From Nitrospirota bacterium (GTDB lineage: Bacteria; Nitrospirota; UBA9217): 64,000 nucleotides of DNA. The notes under the pieces were generated by a model. It did not search any database. It saw nothing but the letters and a program-made list of their open reading frames with translations, and was not told the DNA's origin. This document shows, one piece after another, positions 40,210 to 50,188 of this stretch. Position 1 is the stretch's first letter. Every line of letters begins with the position of its first letter. A program made the translations under genes and the position numbers. The stretch is from assembly GCA_963740085.1 (NCBI GenBank), contig CAVUCU010000004.1:384001-448000 (forward strand), read 5' to 3'.

Positions 40210-41414
40210 ATATTACCTGTGATGTTCTCGTGATCGGGGCGGGTGTTGCCGGCGCGTCAGCAGCTGTAGCAGCGGCACGGGGCGGATCGCGCACGGTGCT
40301 CCTCGAGAAGGAATGCTATCTCGGCGGCACCGGCGCCGCGGGCATGTTCCAGTATATCTGCGGTCTCTATCTGAACGGTGATCCCATGCCGAGAGAGACA
40401 TTGAACCAGGGGATCGTGCGCGAACTTGTTTCTTTGTTGTACGCGAGATCGCCGCAGAGAACAGTGAAAAAGATGGGTCAGGTGTACGTGCTGCCCTATT
40501 CGAGCGGAGATCTGCAATCTGCGCTCACTTCGCTCTGCAGCGCTGAAAAAGGATTGACGGTACTGCAGAAAGCCGCGGCGGTCGGGGTCACGAACCGATC
40601 AGCGGGAATCGGGAGCGTCACGGTCAAGGGTCCTGACGGCGACCAGGTGATCGTACCGCAGGTGGTTATCGATTGTTCGGGAAGCGGAGAGATCGCAGCT
40701 CTCGCCGGGGCGGAATTCGATCTTTCGAGTGCGGAAGAACGTCAGCTGGCAGGTTTCACGCTTCACCTCAAAGGCCTGCAGGGCGCCGACGATTCGCTTG
40801 CGCTCAAAGTACCTTATCATCTTGCCCAGGCGGTGAGACAAGGGATGTTTGCACCCGCAGTAAGGTTTACTACCTTCAGTCCCGGCGATGAGGCCGGTGA
40901 GGGGTATTGCAAGATGAGCATCGACGCTGAAGAAGGCCCGCTGAGGGAAGAACAGACGAGAAAAGAAGCCGCTGCAGTGCATGCCTATCTCGCATCGGTC
41001 ATCCCGGCCTTTAAAAATTCCTCCATTGCCGGGACTTCGAACAAGGTGCTTGAGCGCGAGGGCAGAAGGGTCAGGGGAGAGTATACGCTCACGAAAGAGG
41101 ATGTGCTTTCAGCCAGAAAGTTTTCCGATGGGATTGTGAAAAATGCCTGGCCTATCGAGCTCTGGGACAGGCTGAAAGGAACGGTCTATAAATATGTCCC
41201 GCGGGGAGAATATTATGAGATCCCGTTAAGGTGTCTGACGGTCAAAAATGTCGCGAACCTGCTCACTGCAGGGCGCTGCATATCGGTCACCCATGAGGCG
41301 CTCGGCTCGACGCGAGTTATGGGCGCCTGCATTGCGCTGGGCGAGCAGGCAGGCAAAGCAGCGGCACACCGGGTAAGGAACGGGAAGTACCCTGAGAACA
41401 TGAAGGAGTATTAA
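40206..41414 (+). CDS. FAD-dependent oxidoreductase (PF12831-like)
   Basis: VIGAGVAG, IDCSGSG, REGRRVRG, YEIPLRCL, AGRCIS..STRVM. Confidence 0.85.
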   Translation: MNITCDVLVIGAGVAGASAAVAAARGGSRTVLLEKECYLGGTGAAGMFQYICGLYLNGDPMPRETLNQGIVRELVSLLYARSPQRTVKKMGQVYVLPYSSGDLQSALTSLCSAEKGLTVLQKAAAVGVTNRSAGIGSVTVKGPDGDQVIVPQVVIDCSGSGEIAALAGAEFDLSSAEERQLAGFTLHLKGLQGADDSLALKVPYHLAQAVRQGMFAPAVRFTTFSPGDEAGEGYCKMSIDAEEGPLREEQTRKEAAAVHAYLASVIPAFKNSSIAGTSNKVLEREGRRVRGEYTLTKEDVLSARKFSDGIVKNAWPIELWDRLKGTVYKYVPRGEYYEIPLRCLTVKNVANLLTAGRCISVTHEALGSTRVMGACIALGEQAGKAAAHRVRNGKYPENMKEY

Positions 41415-41422
41415 TAATAACG

Positions 41423-41587
41423 TAACTACTCAGCACATCTCAACCCAGAAGTGTGATACGCAAGATAGAAACCTTGATATCCGCAGATTACGCAGATGGA
41501 CGCAGATTTCAATATAAAAGAGGTCAAGTTTGATCTAATCTGTGAAATCTGCGTAATCTGCGGACAATGATTTGACCTGAGTAATTA
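41423..41587. mobile_element. MITE-like element with family A ends and a different core
   Basis: TAACTACTCAG...TTTGACCTGAGTAATTA; core CCGCAGATTACGCAGAT / ATCTGCGTAATCTGCGG. Confidence 0.65.
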
Positions 41588-41629
41588 AGTTTCTTGTTGC
41601 TTGATCGTTTATCCAAAGAGGTGATCTTA

Positions 41630-43069
41630 ATGAAAATATTACTCGTGAAACCGAATCCACAACTGCTCGTGGCGAAGCGTCTGCAGGAAGGGTTCCTGCA
41701 CCTCGAACCGCTGGAACTTGAAATGGTGGCCGGCGGCGTGCCGCTGGAGGACGAGGTCGTGATCCAGGACCTGAGCTTCGAGAAGGACCCGATCATCGGA
41801 TTTCAGAACAAATTGCGCGAGATGAAGCCCCAGATCGTCGGTTTCACCGGCTATAGCAGCCAGTCGGCCCTGGTCAAGACCCTTGCGGACCTGGTAAAAA
41901 AACATGATCCGAAGATCGTGACCGTCGTCGGCGGGACGCACGCCACGATCATTCCCGCGGATTACGCTCTGAACGGCGACGGCATCGATATCATCGTGCG
42001 CGGCGAGGGCGGCACGGCGTTCGCGGAGATCGTCAGACGCTTTAAAAAAGGTGAACCGCTCGCGTTCGGCGACGCGGTCCTCTCACCCAAAGATCCTGGA
42101 TTCGCGGAAAAGGCCGCGGCCCTGCCGCCGGAATTTCCTCCTGTGGACCGGATACCGCGGGCGCGTCGCGAACTTGTCGATCGATCGCGCTACTTCTGCG
42201 TCTGGACCTCGAGCACGGAGAAGAGGCTCGACACCATCTTCCCGCGCACCGCGAGCATGCGCACGTCGACGGGATGCGCCTTTTCGTGCTCCTTTTGCGT
42301 TGTCCACCATTTGATGCGCGGAAAGTATCTCCAACGTCAGCCGGAGGACGTGGTGGATGAGATCGAGAAGATCGCGGAGAACCATATTTATTTCGTGGAC
42401 GACGAGACGTTCCTGAACAAGGACCGGTTGACCAGGATCGCGAACCTGCTGCTGGAGAAGGGGATCAAAAAGAAATATATCAGCTGGGCGCGCGCTGATA
42501 CGATCGTAAAATATCCGGAGTTGTTCAAGCTCTGGAAACAGGCGGGTCTCAGCGTCGTCTACGTCGGCCTCGAGGCCATGGTTGGATCGCGACTCGACAA
42601 ATATAAGAAGCGGACGAGCGTTGACACGAACCGAAAGGCCATAGAAATCCTGAAAGAGATCGGCATCACCCTCCACGCAAGCTTCATGGTTGATCCGGAT
42701 TTTTCGGTCCAGGACTTCCGGGATCTTGAAAAGGAGATCATGAAGGTCTGTCCGGCCGAGGTCACCTTCACGGTGTTTTCGCCGTCGCCCGGGACCGACC
42801 TCTGGCATACGCATAAGAACGACTACATCGTCGACCCCTATCGTTACTATGACTGCATGCACACGATTCTGCCGACGAAACTCGATATGAACAAGTTTTA
42901 CTCCCACTTCGCGAAACTGTCCCGGGTGGCCCTTCAGGCGAACCCGCTGCGGGTGAACAAGGTCAAGGTGCCTCTTCGGGAGACGATCAAGATCATCTAC
43001 CTTGGAACGAGATATATTTTTGCAATGCGGAATATCTATAAGGACTATTTGCCGAAGAACAGGGTATGA
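41630..43069 (+). CDS. Cobalamin-binding radical SAM enzyme (3)
   Basis: EPLELE, VGGTHAT, GEG, STGCAFSCSFC, FVDDET, SPSPGT. Confidence 0.88.
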   Translation: MKILLVKPNPQLLVAKRLQEGFLHLEPLELEMVAGGVPLEDEVVIQDLSFEKDPIIGFQNKLREMKPQIVGFTGYSSQSALVKTLADLVKKHDPKIVTVVGGTHATIIPADYALNGDGIDIIVRGEGGTAFAEIVRRFKKGEPLAFGDAVLSPKDPGFAEKAAALPPEFPPVDRIPRARRELVDRSRYFCVWTSSTEKRLDTIFPRTASMRTSTGCAFSCSFCVVHHLMRGKYLQRQPEDVVDEIEKIAENHIYFVDDETFLNKDRLTRIANLLLEKGIKKKYISWARADTIVKYPELFKLWKQAGLSVVYVGLEAMVGSRLDKYKKRTSVDTNRKAIEILKEIGITLHASFMVDPDFSVQDFRDLEKEIMKVCPAEVTFTVFSPSPGTDLWHTHKNDYIVDPYRYYDCMHTILPTKLDMNKFYSHFAKLSRVALQANPLRVNKVKVPLRETIKIIYLGTRYIFAMRNIYKDYLPKNRV

Positions 43070-44493
43070 ACATATTTGACACCATAAAACGCGAGACGGA
43101 ATTTTTTATTCAGAAGACCGCGGTCATTGAGGATGATGACCACATTACCTACGGACAACTGATTACCGCCGCTGAACAGGTTGCTGAAACATTGCGGCAG
43201 GTAGGTGTCGGACGGTTTCATCGTGTCGGACTTCTCTGCGACGACAGCATTGACTATATCATCATGAGCCTTGCTATTTTGTCTCTCTCGTCCGTGGTCG
43301 TTCCCGTTTCGCCGGAGCAGACGACGGAAGAAGCAGAGAACGTTATCGACATAATCGATATAGATTTTCTGATCGCCGAGCCGCATCTGTGGCAGGGGGG
43401 ATACGGCGACCCGCTGAGATCGATTGGTCTCTTTAAAAAAGAATTTACCATCGTGAAAAGGACGACCAGAGAGCGTCCGAAGGCCGAATATTTCAGGGTC
43501 AACCCGGCATTCATCCGGTTCAGTTCCGGCACCACGGGCAAGAGCAAGGGGGTGGTGCTGTCGCACGAGGCCATCATCGAACGGACTGATGCCGCTGACA
43601 GGGGACTTCGGATAACATCAAAGGACATCGTGGTCTGGGTACTGTCCATGAGCTTTCATTTTGTGGTCACGATCCTCCTGTTCCTGCGGCGCGGCGCTAC
43701 GATCGTGCTCTGCGGTCATGATTATCCCAAATCGATCATAGAGGGGATCATGTCGCATAAGGGGACGTTCATCTATGCCTCGCCTTTTTATTACGGCCTT
43801 CTGTGTCGTACCGACGCGCTGCCGGGAGATGCGTTGAAACAGATCCGCCTTGCGGTCTCAACGACCATGAAGCTGCCTGAACAGGTTGCGGATGCATTTA
43901 ATGCGAAGTTCGGTTTTGAGCTGACCGAGGCGTATGGGATCATTGAGGTCGGTCTTCCCTTCATCCGGCTGACAGGAGGAAAAGACAAGCGCTGTTCGGT
44001 AGGGAAGGCGCTGCCCGATTACGAGATCAAGCTCGACAAGAAGGATGCGGATGGCGTCGGAGAAATCCGGATCAGAGGAAAGGGGATGCTCGATGCATAC
44101 TACTCCCCCTGGAGGGGCAGGGACGAAATCCTGACGGATGGGTGGTTCAAGACCGGTGATCTCGGAAAGATAGATGCGGATGGATTCCTCACGATCGTGG
44201 GCAGGGAAAAGGACGTGATCAATTTTGTGGGCATGAAGATCTTTGCCCAGGAAGTCGAGGCCGTTCTCAACCAGCACCCGCAAGTGAAGGAGTCGCTGCT
44301 GTATGGCGCTGCGCATGCGGAATACGGTCAACTGCCGATAGCAAAAATCGTAGCACGTCATGAGAGCGGCGATCTGGACGCGAATGACCTTCGGCGCTTC
44401 TGTTATCAGCGCCTGGCTCAGTATAAGGTGCCGAAGGACTTCGAATTCGTGGACAGCCTCCCGAAAACCGCAAGTGGAAAGTTAAAGAGATGA
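43066..44493 (+). CDS. Class I adenylate-forming (acyl-AMP/CoA/ACP) ligase
   Basis: FSSGTTGKSKG, YGIIE, WFKTGDLG, LPKTASGK. Confidence 0.9.
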   Translation: MNIFDTIKRETEFFIQKTAVIEDDDHITYGQLITAAEQVAETLRQVGVGRFHRVGLLCDDSIDYIIMSLAILSLSSVVVPVSPEQTTEEAENVIDIIDIDFLIAEPHLWQGGYGDPLRSIGLFKKEFTIVKRTTRERPKAEYFRVNPAFIRFSSGTTGKSKGVVLSHEAIIERTDAADRGLRITSKDIVVWVLSMSFHFVVTILLFLRRGATIVLCGHDYPKSIIEGIMSHKGTFIYASPFYYGLLCRTDALPGDALKQIRLAVSTTMKLPEQVADAFNAKFGFELTEAYGIIEVGLPFIRLTGGKDKRCSVGKALPDYEIKLDKKDADGVGEIRIRGKGMLDAYYSPWRGRDEILTDGWFKTGDLGKIDADGFLTIVGREKDVINFVGMKIFAQEVEAVLNQHPQVKESLLYGAAHAEYGQLPIAKIVARHESGDLDANDLRRFCYQRLAQYKVPKDFEFVDSLPKTASGKLKR

Positions 44494-45917
44494 AAATCCT
44501 GCTGATCAATCCCTTCGGCTCGAATTGGGTCGAAGGCAGGAAAGACGTTACCGAGACCGCTATTCGCATGGCTCCGATCGGCATCCTGTCAATTGCGGCC
44601 TATCTTTTGGAAAAAGGGCATGAGGTGGAGGTTCACGACTGCCGCGGCGCAGTAAGCCGCATCGGCGCAGAAGATGTCCTTGACAAGGTCAAGATCTTCA
44701 AGCCTGACATGGTTGGTTTCACGGCCGTGACATCGGGTTTTCTGAACGCCTATCACCTGACCGAGGAGATCAAGAAAACAGCTTCTCATGTTACGATCGT
44801 CTTCGGCGGTGTACATGTCTCCGCCCTGCGCGCAAAGATCCTTGAATCCTATCCTGCCATCGACTTCCTGGTCACCGGTGAGGGAGAGAAGGCAATGGCC
44901 GAGCTTGCCGCCGGAGCAAAGCCCGGGACGATCCAGGGGCTGGTATATCGCGAGGGGACGGAGCTCAGGGACAACGGTTTGCGGACCGATCTGTGCGAGC
45001 TTGACTCACTGCCGTTTCCCGCGTATCACAAACTTGAGGGGTTCCCGAAAAGGTTCGAGGCTGCGCTGTTCAATTACCCGAAGGCGCCATCGGCGACGAT
45101 CATTTCGAGCCGGGGCTGTCCCTACCAGTGTTCGTACTGCGACCGCTCGGTGTACCGCAGGAGCTTTCGATATAACTCCGCTGAATATCTCTATGATCAC
45201 ATGGCGTTCCTGAGAAAAGAATTCGGCATCCGGCACGTATTCTTCTATGATGACCTGTTCACCTTTAACCGCGAGCGGATAGAGAAATTCTGCAGTCTCT
45301 TGCAGACGAAACCGCTCAAGATGACCTTTAATTGCGCAGTGCGTGTGGGTCACATCGACGACGATCTGCTCAAAATGCTGAAGGCGTCGGGCTGCTGGAT
45401 GGTGAGCCTCGGCATAGAGTCGGGCGCGCCCGAGATCCTTGCCCGGCACAAGACCAGGGTGGATTTCAATGAGATGAAGACCACGGTGAAGCGGATCCAG
45501 AAAAGCGGACTGAGGGCAAAAGGACTCTTCATGATGGGACTTCCCGGGGAAACCGAGAAAACGATCAAGATGACGTCCGATTTCATCACAGACCTTGAAC
45601 TTGACGACATGAACATGACGAAATTCACGCCCTTTCCCGGATCTCCCATCTACCAGACCATCCATGACGAAGGTGTGTTTGAGGAAAAATGGGAGCTGAT
45701 GAACTGCCTTAACTTTGTCTTCGTACCCAGGGGGATCGAGTCGAAGGAACGTCTCGATGAGCTCTACAACCGGTTTATCAAGCGCTTTTACACCGGAAAG
45801 AACTGGACCCGTAAGTTCGGTCCGTTGATGTTCAAGTCTCCTCACAGTACCTATCGGATTTTCAGGAACCTGCCGACGTTTCTCAAGATCAAGCGTGATT
45901 TTGAGCCGCATAAATGA
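44490..45917 (+). CDS. Cobalamin-binding radical SAM enzyme (4)
   Basis: PIGILSIA, FGGVH, GEGE, SRGCPYQCSYC, YDDLF, TPFPGS. Confidence 0.9.
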   Translation: MKILLINPFGSNWVEGRKDVTETAIRMAPIGILSIAAYLLEKGHEVEVHDCRGAVSRIGAEDVLDKVKIFKPDMVGFTAVTSGFLNAYHLTEEIKKTASHVTIVFGGVHVSALRAKILESYPAIDFLVTGEGEKAMAELAAGAKPGTIQGLVYREGTELRDNGLRTDLCELDSLPFPAYHKLEGFPKRFEAALFNYPKAPSATIISSRGCPYQCSYCDRSVYRRSFRYNSAEYLYDHMAFLRKEFGIRHVFFYDDLFTFNRERIEKFCSLLQTKPLKMTFNCAVRVGHIDDDLLKMLKASGCWMVSLGIESGAPEILARHKTRVDFNEMKTTVKRIQKSGLRAKGLFMMGLPGETEKTIKMTSDFITDLELDDMNMTKFTPFPGSPIYQTIHDEGVFEEKWELMNCLNFVFVPRGIESKERLDELYNRFIKRFYTGKNWTRKFGPLMFKSPHSTYRIFRNLPTFLKIKRDFEPHK

Positions 45918-45998
45918 TCCAGCCGGTTGTCCGGTTCGATCGATCACCAGGAGAGGTTGCTTCTCCCCGAGTCGTGCGGGCAACACTTTCCCATTTTA

Positions 45999-46027
45999 TT
46001 GACAAAACATTCTATTTCTTGTATCTT
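45999..46027 (+). promoter_or_regulatory. sigma70 promoter
   Basis: TTGACA-17-TATCTT; marks a new transcription unit after the cluster. Confidence 0.55.
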
Positions 46028-46135
46028 GAGGACGGTCTTTTTGTGTACGGGTAAACTGATGGAATTGATCGTCGGTGGAGTGGACAGCGCGGTAGAGGGC
46101 GGCATACATCGTGCTGGATTTCGTGGAGTTGACTT

Positions 46136-46834
46136 TTGATCCCTTTGCGAGACATTAACCCGACGGAGCGTTTTGCCATCGTCACGTTCACCCTGATTTT
46201 TCTGAATATCGCGGTGTTTATCTATGAATTGACCCTGGGGACGGTTGATGGAGAGAAGTTCATCGTTTCCTTTGCCCTCATCCCGAGAAGGTTATTTTAC
46301 CCTGACACCGTGATGAGCGGAACGTTACCCGCAACAGCTACCCTGTTCACCTCCATGTTTTTGCACGGCGGCTGGCTGCATATCTCAGGCAACATGCTTT
46401 ATCTCTGGATATTCGGGAACAATGTGGAGGACGCCACCGGGAGGGTGCGTTTTATCGTTTTTTACCTGCTCTGCGGTCTCTTTGCCGCCTTTGCTCACGC
46501 GTTCATGAACCAGTCCTCGATTACGCCGATGATCGGGGCAAGCGGAGCAATTTCAGGAGTACTTGGCGCCTATCTGCTCCTGTATCCGCGGGCCCGGGTC
46601 GTTACGCTCGTCATATTCGGTTTCTATATAAGAACTGTTGAGGTTCCCGCCATGATCGTATTGGGATTATGGTTTGTGTTGCAGTTTTTGAACGTCCTGG
46701 TCTCGAGCGGATCGGGCGGAGGGGTGGCGTGGCATGCGCATGTCGCCGGGTTTGTAGCAGGGATATTCCTGATCGGGCTGTTTAAGCGAAAAGACGTGTT
46801 GTTCGATGGTGGAAGGGGATTTCGCTATCCATGA
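46136..46834 (+). CDS. Rhomboid intramembrane serine protease
   Basis: FLHGGWLHISGNM, GASGA catalytic Ser, AHVAGF His. Confidence 0.92.
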   Translation: MIPLRDINPTERFAIVTFTLIFLNIAVFIYELTLGTVDGEKFIVSFALIPRRLFYPDTVMSGTLPATATLFTSMFLHGGWLHISGNMLYLWIFGNNVEDATGRVRFIVFYLLCGLFAAFAHAFMNQSSITPMIGASGAISGVLGAYLLLYPRARVVTLVIFGFYIRTVEVPAMIVLGLWFVLQFLNVLVSSGSGGGVAWHAHVAGFVAGIFLIGLFKRKDVLFDGGRGFRYP

Positions 46835-47919
46835 TAGTTTCCTGTGAATGCGGCGCAAAACTCAAGATCGATGATGCCAAGCTATCCGGCAAGGCGATGA
46901 AGGTGCGGTGTCCGCGATGCGGCAATGTAATCCCATTACAGAAGCCGTCTTCGGCGCTGTCCGCGCTCCCCGAGAAAACAAGCGTTTCATGCGCATCGCG
47001 CGCTTCGTTATCAGACGCGCTGGTGCTGGTTGCGCATGACAGCGAAGTTGTCAGGAAGACGGTCACCGATTTTCTGTCTGAAGCCGGTTTCCGGGTTGAT
47101 ACCGCAGCTGACGGTGTTGAAGCGCTCAAGAAGGCGATAGAGAAAAGACCGCAGGGTTTGGTGCTTGATGTGGGACTGCCGGGCATCTATGGTTTTGAAC
47201 TATGCGAACGGTTAAAGAGCAATCCGGATACACAATCGACTAAAATTGTGCTCCTTTCATCAGTGTACGATATGCGGCGTTACAAACGTACGCCGACCAA
47301 TCTGTATGGCGCCGACGATTACATTGAAAAACACCATATCCCGGATTTTCTGGTGAACAAGCTGCGTAAACTTATTTTCCCGGAACAGCTTGAAGTTGAA
47401 TCGCCCGGGATCAAAGAGCATTCTCATCACGACCTTCCGGAGATGTCTCGGCCTCCGGCACGGGAGTTCGAGTCGTCCCTGCTCAGTCCCCAGAACCCCG
47501 CACGAACTGAGAACGCGATCCCTGATGCGTTTCCGTCCCGGTCCGCAGTGCCGAAACCTGCATCACTGGACGGGCAGGAAGGGTCTGCGCTTTTTCCCGA
47601 GTCGCTCAGTCTCGATGCCTCGATCTTTCAGAAAGAAGAGTGTGATATTCCCCGGGTGGATGAAGCCGATCCCGAGGCCGTGGAGAAGGCGCGGCGCTTC
47701 GCGCGGATCATCGTGTCCGATATCGCCCTCTATAATCAGGAGGCCGTGATCGAAGGCCTTGAGAAAGGGACCTTTTATAATTTGCTGGGGAAGGATATTG
47801 ACGAAGGCAGGGATCTGTACGAAGGGCGCGTTCCGAGCCTTATCAGGGAGAAAAAAGACTACTATCAGGAAGCGTTTGATAATTTTATCGCAGCGGCACA
47901 AAAGAAGAATGTTCGTTGA
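46831..47919 (+). CDS. Zn-ribbon + receiver domain protein with uncharacterised C-terminal helical domain
   Basis: CEC..CPRC ribbon; REC (LVLDVGLPG, YIEK); ARRFARIIVSDIALYN tail. Confidence 0.75.
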   Translation: MIVSCECGAKLKIDDAKLSGKAMKVRCPRCGNVIPLQKPSSALSALPEKTSVSCASRASLSDALVLVAHDSEVVRKTVTDFLSEAGFRVDTAADGVEALKKAIEKRPQGLVLDVGLPGIYGFELCERLKSNPDTQSTKIVLLSSVYDMRRYKRTPTNLYGADDYIEKHHIPDFLVNKLRKLIFPEQLEVESPGIKEHSHHDLPEMSRPPAREFESSLLSPQNPARTENAIPDAFPSRSAVPKPASLDGQEGSALFPESLSLDASIFQKEECDIPRVDEADPEAVEKARRFARIIVSDIALYNQEAVIEGLEKGTFYNLLGKDIDEGRDLYEGRVPSLIREKKDYYQEAFDNFIAAAQKKNVR

Positions 47920-48005
47920 CCCCGTTAGAGATATCACAGCCCGTCCGTTCGCGGGGATGGAGGCTTATCCACGGATAAATAATCCGTTTTTAACTCTAAC
48001 GGGGT
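47919..48005. repeat. Small inverted-repeat element
   Basis: Perfect 12-bp IR ACCCCGTTAGAG / CTCTAACGGGGT; the right end abuts TTGACA of the tRNA promoter. Confidence 0.6.
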
Positions 48006-48045
48006 TGACATACGGATATAGTTAGTATAGTATTAAGCGGCTTTG

Positions 48046-48124
<79 letters not shown>

Positions 48125-48202
48125 TTTTATTCATGACAGCAGACATCAACGTATCAGTAAAAGGAGCACCTTGAATCCTATTTTTCATGCCACGAGGTGT
48201 TC

Positions 48203-49168
48203 ATGAGTGAGAGGGAACTGCCGGTTGATGATCTGATAGGCTCAGATCCTTACAGTGAGGACCGCGAGGACAATAAAAGTACAGATAAACAAAGCAGTAC
48301 CGACTCCTCTGACGTCGCATCCGAGGTCCCTGCGTCGAAGGGCCTTGATGCCATCAAGTACTATCTCAAAGAAATTCGCAAGACCCCCCTCTTAACGTTC
48401 GAGCAGGAACAGGAACTCGCCAAGAAGATCGAAAAGGGTGACCAGGATGCGCGGGCCAAAATGATCGAGGCGAATCTCCGGCTCGTTGTGGCGATCGGGA
48501 AAAAATACATCAATCGAGGTTTGCAGTTCTCGGACATTATCGAAGAGGGCAATCTTGGCTTGATCCGGGCCGTAGAAAAGTTTCAGTACCAGCGGGGTTT
48601 CAAGTTCAGCACCTACGCTTCGTGGTGGATCAAACAATCCATTGAACGGGCTATCGTCAATCAGACAAGAACCATTCGCCTGCCTGTCCATATCGCCGAG
48701 ATCGTCAATTCCTATATGCGCTCTGTGCGCCAACTGACACAGACCCTTGGCCGCGAACCTCAGATAGAGGAGATCGCCAGGAAGATGAAGGTGACCGTCG
48801 ACAAGGTACGGAGCATCTCGCAGGTGGTGCGTGAGACATACTCTTTGGATATGCTCATCGGCGACCAGGAGGAAGAAACCCTCAAAGACATACTTCAGGA
48901 CACCAACTCTTTATCGCCGGCCAGCGCTTCAGAGGACATACGAAGACGCGAGCATATTGATGACTGGCTTCAACAGCTTTCGGTGAGTGAACGGAAGGTT
49001 GTTGAGCTGCGGTTCGGCCTGGGTGACGGAGATCCAAAGACGCTCGATAGTATCGGCAAGGAGTTCGGTATCACGCGAGAGCGGGTCCGGCAGATCGAGA
49101 CCCAGGCGCTCAATAAACTGCGGGTCATCACAAGGCGAAAGAAAATCGATTTTGAGGAGATGCTCTGA
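48203..49168 (+). CDS. RNA polymerase sigma-70 family factor, RpoS-like (no region 1.1)
   Basis: Regions 1.2, 2 ([16 protein letters not shown]), 3 and 4 ([10 protein letters not shown]); about 320 aa. Confidence 0.88.
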   Translation: MSERELPVDDLIGSDPYSEDREDNKSTDKQSSTDSSDVASEVPASKGLDAIKYYLKEIRKTPLLTFEQEQELAKKIEKGDQDARAKMIEANLRLVVAIGKKYINRGLQFSDIIEEGNLGLIRAVEKFQYQRGFKFSTYASWWIKQSIERAIVNQTRTIRLPVHIAEIVNSYMRSVRQLTQTLGREPQIEEIARKMKVTVDKVRSISQVVRETYSLDMLIGDQEEETLKDILQDTNSLSPASASEDIRRREHIDDWLQQLSVSERKVVELRFGLGDGDPKTLDSIGKEFGITRERVRQIETQALNKLRVITRRKKIDFEEML

Positions 49169-49278
49169 TATAAAACGAATTCGAAAATTTTAATTGGAAA
49201 TTGGGGCTTTAAGATTTTCCAACAGTGATATTTCGATTTTCAAACTTCAATCGGCAATTTTCAATGTTCCTTCGAAAC

Positions 49279-49355
49279 GCCCCTGTAGCTCAGGTGGATA
49301 GAGCAGCGGTTTCCTAAACCGCGTGCCGGAAGTTCGAGTCTTCCCAGGGGCACCA
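49279..49355 (+). tRNA. tRNA-Arg(CCT)
   Basis: GCCCCTG/CAGGGGC acceptor stem, GCGGT-TT-CCT-AA-ACCGC anticodon arm, CCA end. Confidence 0.97.
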
Positions 49356-49364
49356 TAAAAAAAC

Positions 49365-49396
49365 AAGCCTTCAGATGTCTGGAAGGCTTTTTTATT
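49365..49396 (+). terminator. Rho-independent terminator
   Basis: AAGCCTTCAGA / TCTGGAAGGCTT hairpin plus T-run. Confidence 0.75.
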
Positions 49397-50158
49397 TGAA
49401 GCCTTGTCGTCGCCTCAAGAATTTACGCGACTGTATGGCACTTGCATCGTACCATTCTATAACCTAATACATAAAAAAAGAAGTGGTTAAAGTGATCGTG
49501 CCCTTATCAAGAGTAAAAAAAAGAAACATGGCCACAATTGAGCGTTATTCCTCAGTAATATGATCCAGTCACTGATCCGTGTTAAGATTCAAAATTATCC
49601 CTTGAACTCAATTTATCAATACCAGTCGGAATATCTTACAAATAGCGGCAGATAATACTTTTGTACCTAAATATTTATCGATATTGTCCGTAATATGTTG
49701 ATATTAAATATAATATTAAAAAAGTTCGGTAGTCGAAAAAACTAACAACCGTATTTTTAAGAAATAAAAAGCAATATATCCAATATGATACAAGATGGTA
49801 TTTATATTGCAAAAAATAATTTAGGATATGAAATATTAAAAGAATTAATCTTATAATTTTAATGTCGTTTATCTGTAGTGATTGTCTAAACGAAGACCCC
49901 ATAATTGCATGCTGTAAAAGCTCCCTCGCAGATTACCCGGCAGCGATGCTCCTCTTTGGAATGAGCCTTTTAGGAGTAGGGAATATGAAAAATATTTAAG
50001 AGGCAAGAGGGCAAAATAACTCTTTTAAAAGGGATGTTACTGCGTCCAACATCCCTTCTGTTTTGTGCTCAGTTCTCCCAACATGAATGAATATTGTAAG
50101 GTTATCACTTGCGTCCAAGGTCCTTTGCGCTCTTGAAAACAGGTGATCAGGATTTTTC

Positions 50159-50188
50159 TTGACGCTCTATCGGGATTATGCTAATAAT
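50159..50188 (+). promoter_or_regulatory. Possible sigma70 promoter with ~260-nt leader
   Basis: TTGACG-17-TAATAA preceded by TG. Confidence 0.4.

Noticed and set aside
15651-45917. Claim that the organism makes ladderanes or a classical aryl polyene
   Set aside because: Gene content is only similar; the product cannot be read from sequence, and no anammox markers are present.
49675-49902. 75-aa ORF in the AT-rich spacer
   Set aside because: Low-complexity Ile/Tyr/Phe composition expected from AT-rich non-coding DNA; no SD or motif.
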